Assembly: GCA_026989615.1 (NCBI GenBank)
Contig: JALSJA010000320.1
Location: forward strand, 1 to 7,504
Direction: 5' to 3'
DNA length: 7,504 bases
Origin: Parvularculaceae bacterium
GTDB taxonomy: Bacteria > Pseudomonadota > Alphaproteobacteria > Caulobacterales > Parvularculaceae
The notes under the pieces were generated by a model that searched no databases, was not told where the DNA came from, and saw only the letters and a list, made by a program, of their open reading frames with translations. Shown here piece after piece: positions 6,251 through 7,504 of this stretch. Position 1 is the stretch's first letter. Every line of letters starts with the position of its first letter. The position numbers were made by a program, and so were the translations under genes.

Positions 6251-6437
6251 GCACTTCTGCGAAAAGCGGGTCCTTCGACAGGCTCAGGATGAGGCCGGTT
6301 TTCGGATAAGAAGCGCTCAACAACAAAGACTTAGAGCGTTTCCAGGATAAGTGGACACCGGTTATCCGTCCGGAAACGCGTCAAACTAAAGACTGAGAGC
6401 CCGGTTTTGATTCCATCAAAACGAAAATAGGCTCTAG
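6251..6437 (+). repeat. Modular intergenic repeat, copy 4 (composite: hairpin A + spacer + extra hairpin A' + spacer + hairpin B)
   Basis: Hairpin A spans 6251-6318; its left CTAGA terminus is missing, and 63 nt (6251-6313) are identical to copy 5. Spacer 1 follows, then TTAGAGC (6331-6337). The extra hairpin A' (6336-6379) is GCGTTTCC-A-GGATAA / loop GTGGACACCGG / TTATCC-GTCC-GGAAACGC. A second spacer, GTCAAACTAAAGAC, follows. Hairpin B spans 6396-6435 and the terminal CTAG is at 6434-6437. GCTCTAGAGC (6431-6440) is a perfect 10-bp palindrome. Confidence 0.9.
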
Positions 6438-6609
6438 AGCAAGCAAGATTACAGGCCATATCCTGATATTGCCCTAAAATATCCCGCCATAGGCCACAGC
6501 AAGCCAAAAACCCCTTTGCCATTGAGCATTACCGGCAAGCCTCATTGTTTTAAGGGATTATTTGATAGGCAAAATATTTTTGAACCCCGGCGCGAACAGC
6601 ATCACGGAT

Positions 6610-6738
6610 ATAGAGCACTTCTGCGAAAAGCGGGTCCTTCGACAGGCTCAGGATGAGGCCGGTTTTCGGATAAGAAGTGCCGCAAACAAAGGCTTATAGC
6701 CCGGTTTTTATTGGTATCAAAACGAAAAAAGGCTCTAA
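6610..6738 (+). repeat. Modular two-hairpin intergenic repeat, copy 5 (long form)
   Basis: The sequence is ATAGAGCACTTCTGCGAAAAGCGGGTCCTTCGACAGGCTCAGGATGAGGCCGGTTTTCGGATAAGAAGTGCCG-CAAACAAAGGCT-TATAGCCCGGTTTTTATTGGTATCAAAACGAAAAAAGGCTCTAA. The left terminus is ATAG instead of CTAG. There are uncompensated substitutions in the hairpin A right arm (GTGCCG) and in hairpin B (TTTAT). Confidence 0.9.
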
Positions 6739-6770
6739 GGTTTGAGCCCTTTGCAACGATCCCCCGAATA

Positions 6771-6800
6771 AAAAGCGCGGCCCCAAAGACCGCGCTTTTC
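6771..6800 (-). terminator. Rho-independent terminator of the small secreted-protein gene (structurally bidirectional)
   Basis: Read on the minus strand it is GAAAAGCGCGG-TCTTTGGGG-CCGCGCTTTTTATT: a 7-bp GC-rich stem (AGCGCGG/CCGCGCT) followed immediately by TTTTTATT. It lies 26 nt past the stop of CDS 6826..7113. The A-run on one side and T-run on the other also give a hairpin plus TTTT on the plus strand. Confidence 0.7.
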
Positions 6801-6825
6801 ATAATTCTGAAACACAGGTCAGACC

Positions 6826-7113
6826 CTAATGCTCATGGTCCCCATGACCGTCCCCGGAGCACTCCATAACGGCGCCTTGGGCATCATCATTCAGCAATTC
6901 GACATCTTCCGGCTTGGTTACCTTGTTGAACTCTTCGAGCAGATCCGGATCTTCGCTCACCTTCCCGGCAAGACAGGAGCAATCAAGCTCGGTACGGTCG
7001 AAATCTTCCACATATTGATTGCAATTGGCCTCAAACTCTTCATTGGCCGAAGCGCTAACTGTAATCCCGAGGCCAAGCGCGGCCATACCAGCAATAATCA
7101 AGCTCTTTTTCAT
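6826..7113 (-). CDS. Small secreted, highly acidic 4-Cys protein with a His-rich C-terminal tail (95-aa precursor, ~72-aa mature)
   Basis: ATG is at 7111-7113 (minus), preceded by GGAGGA (complement of 7123-7128) with a 9-nt spacer. The Sec signal peptide is MKKSLIIAGMAALGLGITVSASA, with an ASA|NE cleavage site. By my count the mature part has about 22 D/E of 72 residues. Cysteines are at precursor positions 31, 45, 47 and 85. The C-terminus is CSGDGHGDHEH. The gene has its own terminator at 6771-6800. I recognised no family. Confidence 0.8.
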   Translation of the reverse strand: MKKSLIIAGMAALGLGITVSASANEEFEANCNQYVEDFDRTELDCSCLAGKVSEDPDLLEEFNKVTKPEDVELLNDDAQGAVMECSGDGHGDHEH

Positions 7114-7207
7114 TTTGAGATTTCCTCCATAAATTAAGCCCCCTTACCCGACCTTTTTGGCCATACCGGCAAGTCATACTGGAATTGCCAATGATGATAA
7201 ACCCCCT

Positions 7208-7335
7208 TTAGAGCCTGTTCGGTTTTGATACCAATCAAAACCGGGCTCTAAGCCTTTGTTTTGAGCACTTCTTGTCCGAAAACCGGCCTCATCCTGAGCC
7301 TGTCGAAGGACCCGCTTTTCGCAGAAGTGCTCTAG
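7208..7335 (-). repeat. Modular two-hairpin intergenic repeat, copy 6 (long form, inverted orientation)
   Basis: The reverse complement reads CTAGAGCACTTCTGCGAAAAGCGGGTCCTTCGACAGGCTCAGGATGAGGCCGGTTTTCGGACAAGAAGTGCTC-AAAACAAAGGCT-TAGAGCCCGGTTTTGATTGGTATCAAAACCGAACAGGCTCTAA. The first ~60 nt match copy 5 apart from the first base, and 56 nt match copies 4 and 5 exactly. This is the only copy on the minus strand. Confidence 0.9.
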
Positions 7336-7502
7336 CACCCCGTCCGGCCATCAAGGGCCAAAGGATTGGTGCCCATGCGCAACGGGAATTTTCTTGCCTT
7401 TTTCGCAATAATGGCTTTTGTGACCCCAAGAACCAGACAAAATCCATCCGGATAATCCGGGCCAGAAAAACCGGGCAGGAGCGCCCATACAAGCACAGAT
7501 TT
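7332..7502 (-). CDS. Possible 3' end (56 codons) of an unidentified minus-strand gene running off the right edge
   Basis: One minus-strand frame, open from the edge, reads KSVLVWALLPGFSGPDYPDGFCLVLGVTKAIIAKKARKFPLRMGTNPLALDGRTGC*. Its codons (CTT, GAT, GCC, ATT, AAA, GGC, CCG) fit the local usage better than the other two minus frames, which are also largely open here. Stop TAG (complement of 7332-7334) lies in the CTAG terminus of repeat copy 6. I recognised no family, so confidence is low. Confidence 0.3.
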   Translation of the reverse strand, partial: KSVLVWALLPGFSGPDYPDGFCLVLGVTKAIIAKKARKFPLRMGTNPLALDGRTGC

Positions 7503-7504
7503 TA

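Noticed and set aside
6331-6802. Minus-strand ORFs 6331..6522 and 6602..6802, which share an FRFD motif.
   Set aside because: Both are largely translations of repeat copies 4 and 5. They have no SD, their composition is Cys/Arg/Phe-rich, and 6602..6802 also runs through the terminator hairpin at 6771-6800.
6829-7137. The 102-aa plus-strand ORF opposite the small secreted-protein gene.
   Set aside because: The minus-strand ORF has a GGAGGA SD, a textbook signal peptide and a downstream terminator. The plus-strand ORF has none of these.
121-7335. The repeats might be a CRISPR array or a tandem-repeat locus.
   Set aside because: The units are 105-187 nt, far longer than CRISPR repeats. They are irregularly spaced, separated by whole genes, and one is inverted. 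No cas genes are present.
7289-7503. Track ORF 7289..7492 (-) and the alternative minus frame ending at TGA 7351-7353 (...GHKSHYCEKGKKIPVAHGHQSFGP*).
   Set aside because: The first ORF is preceded by a TAA at the window edge, uses a TTG start and runs into repeat copy 6. The second is Trp/Cys/His-rich with atypical codons. The third minus frame fits local codon usage better and is reported at low confidence instead.

Overview
This is a 7.5-kb chromosomal-looking segment of moderate GC (roughly 50-55% by eye). Protein families and codon style suggest a proteobacterial, probably alphaproteobacterial, host; that is inference only. The coding content is ordinary: the last 40 codons of a ComM/YifB-type gene; a soluble PAS-HisKA-HATPase-(degenerate REC)-REC hybrid histidine kinase; an AmpG-family MFS permease; a small lipoprotein (minus strand); a PfkB-family adenosine-kinase-like kinase; an acidic 121-aa hypothetical (minus); a 95-aa very acidic Cys/His-containing secreted protein (minus); and possibly the 3' end of another minus-strand gene at the right edge. 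I recognised no transposase, integrase, CRISPR array, tRNA or rRNA. The unusual part is the non-coding DNA. Six copies (five +, one -) of a 105-187-nt modular repeat, built from two hairpin modules with CTAGAGC...GCTCTAR termini, fill nearly every intergenic gap, about half of all non-coding bases by my hand count. They abut or supply stop codons and occur in short, long, chimeric and tandem-module variants. One inverted pair brackets the small secreted-protein gene. I do not recognise the element as a named family, so it is the main candidate for something undescribed: a MITE/REP-like element, a 3'-UTR RNA module, or an orientation-dependent terminator/insulator.
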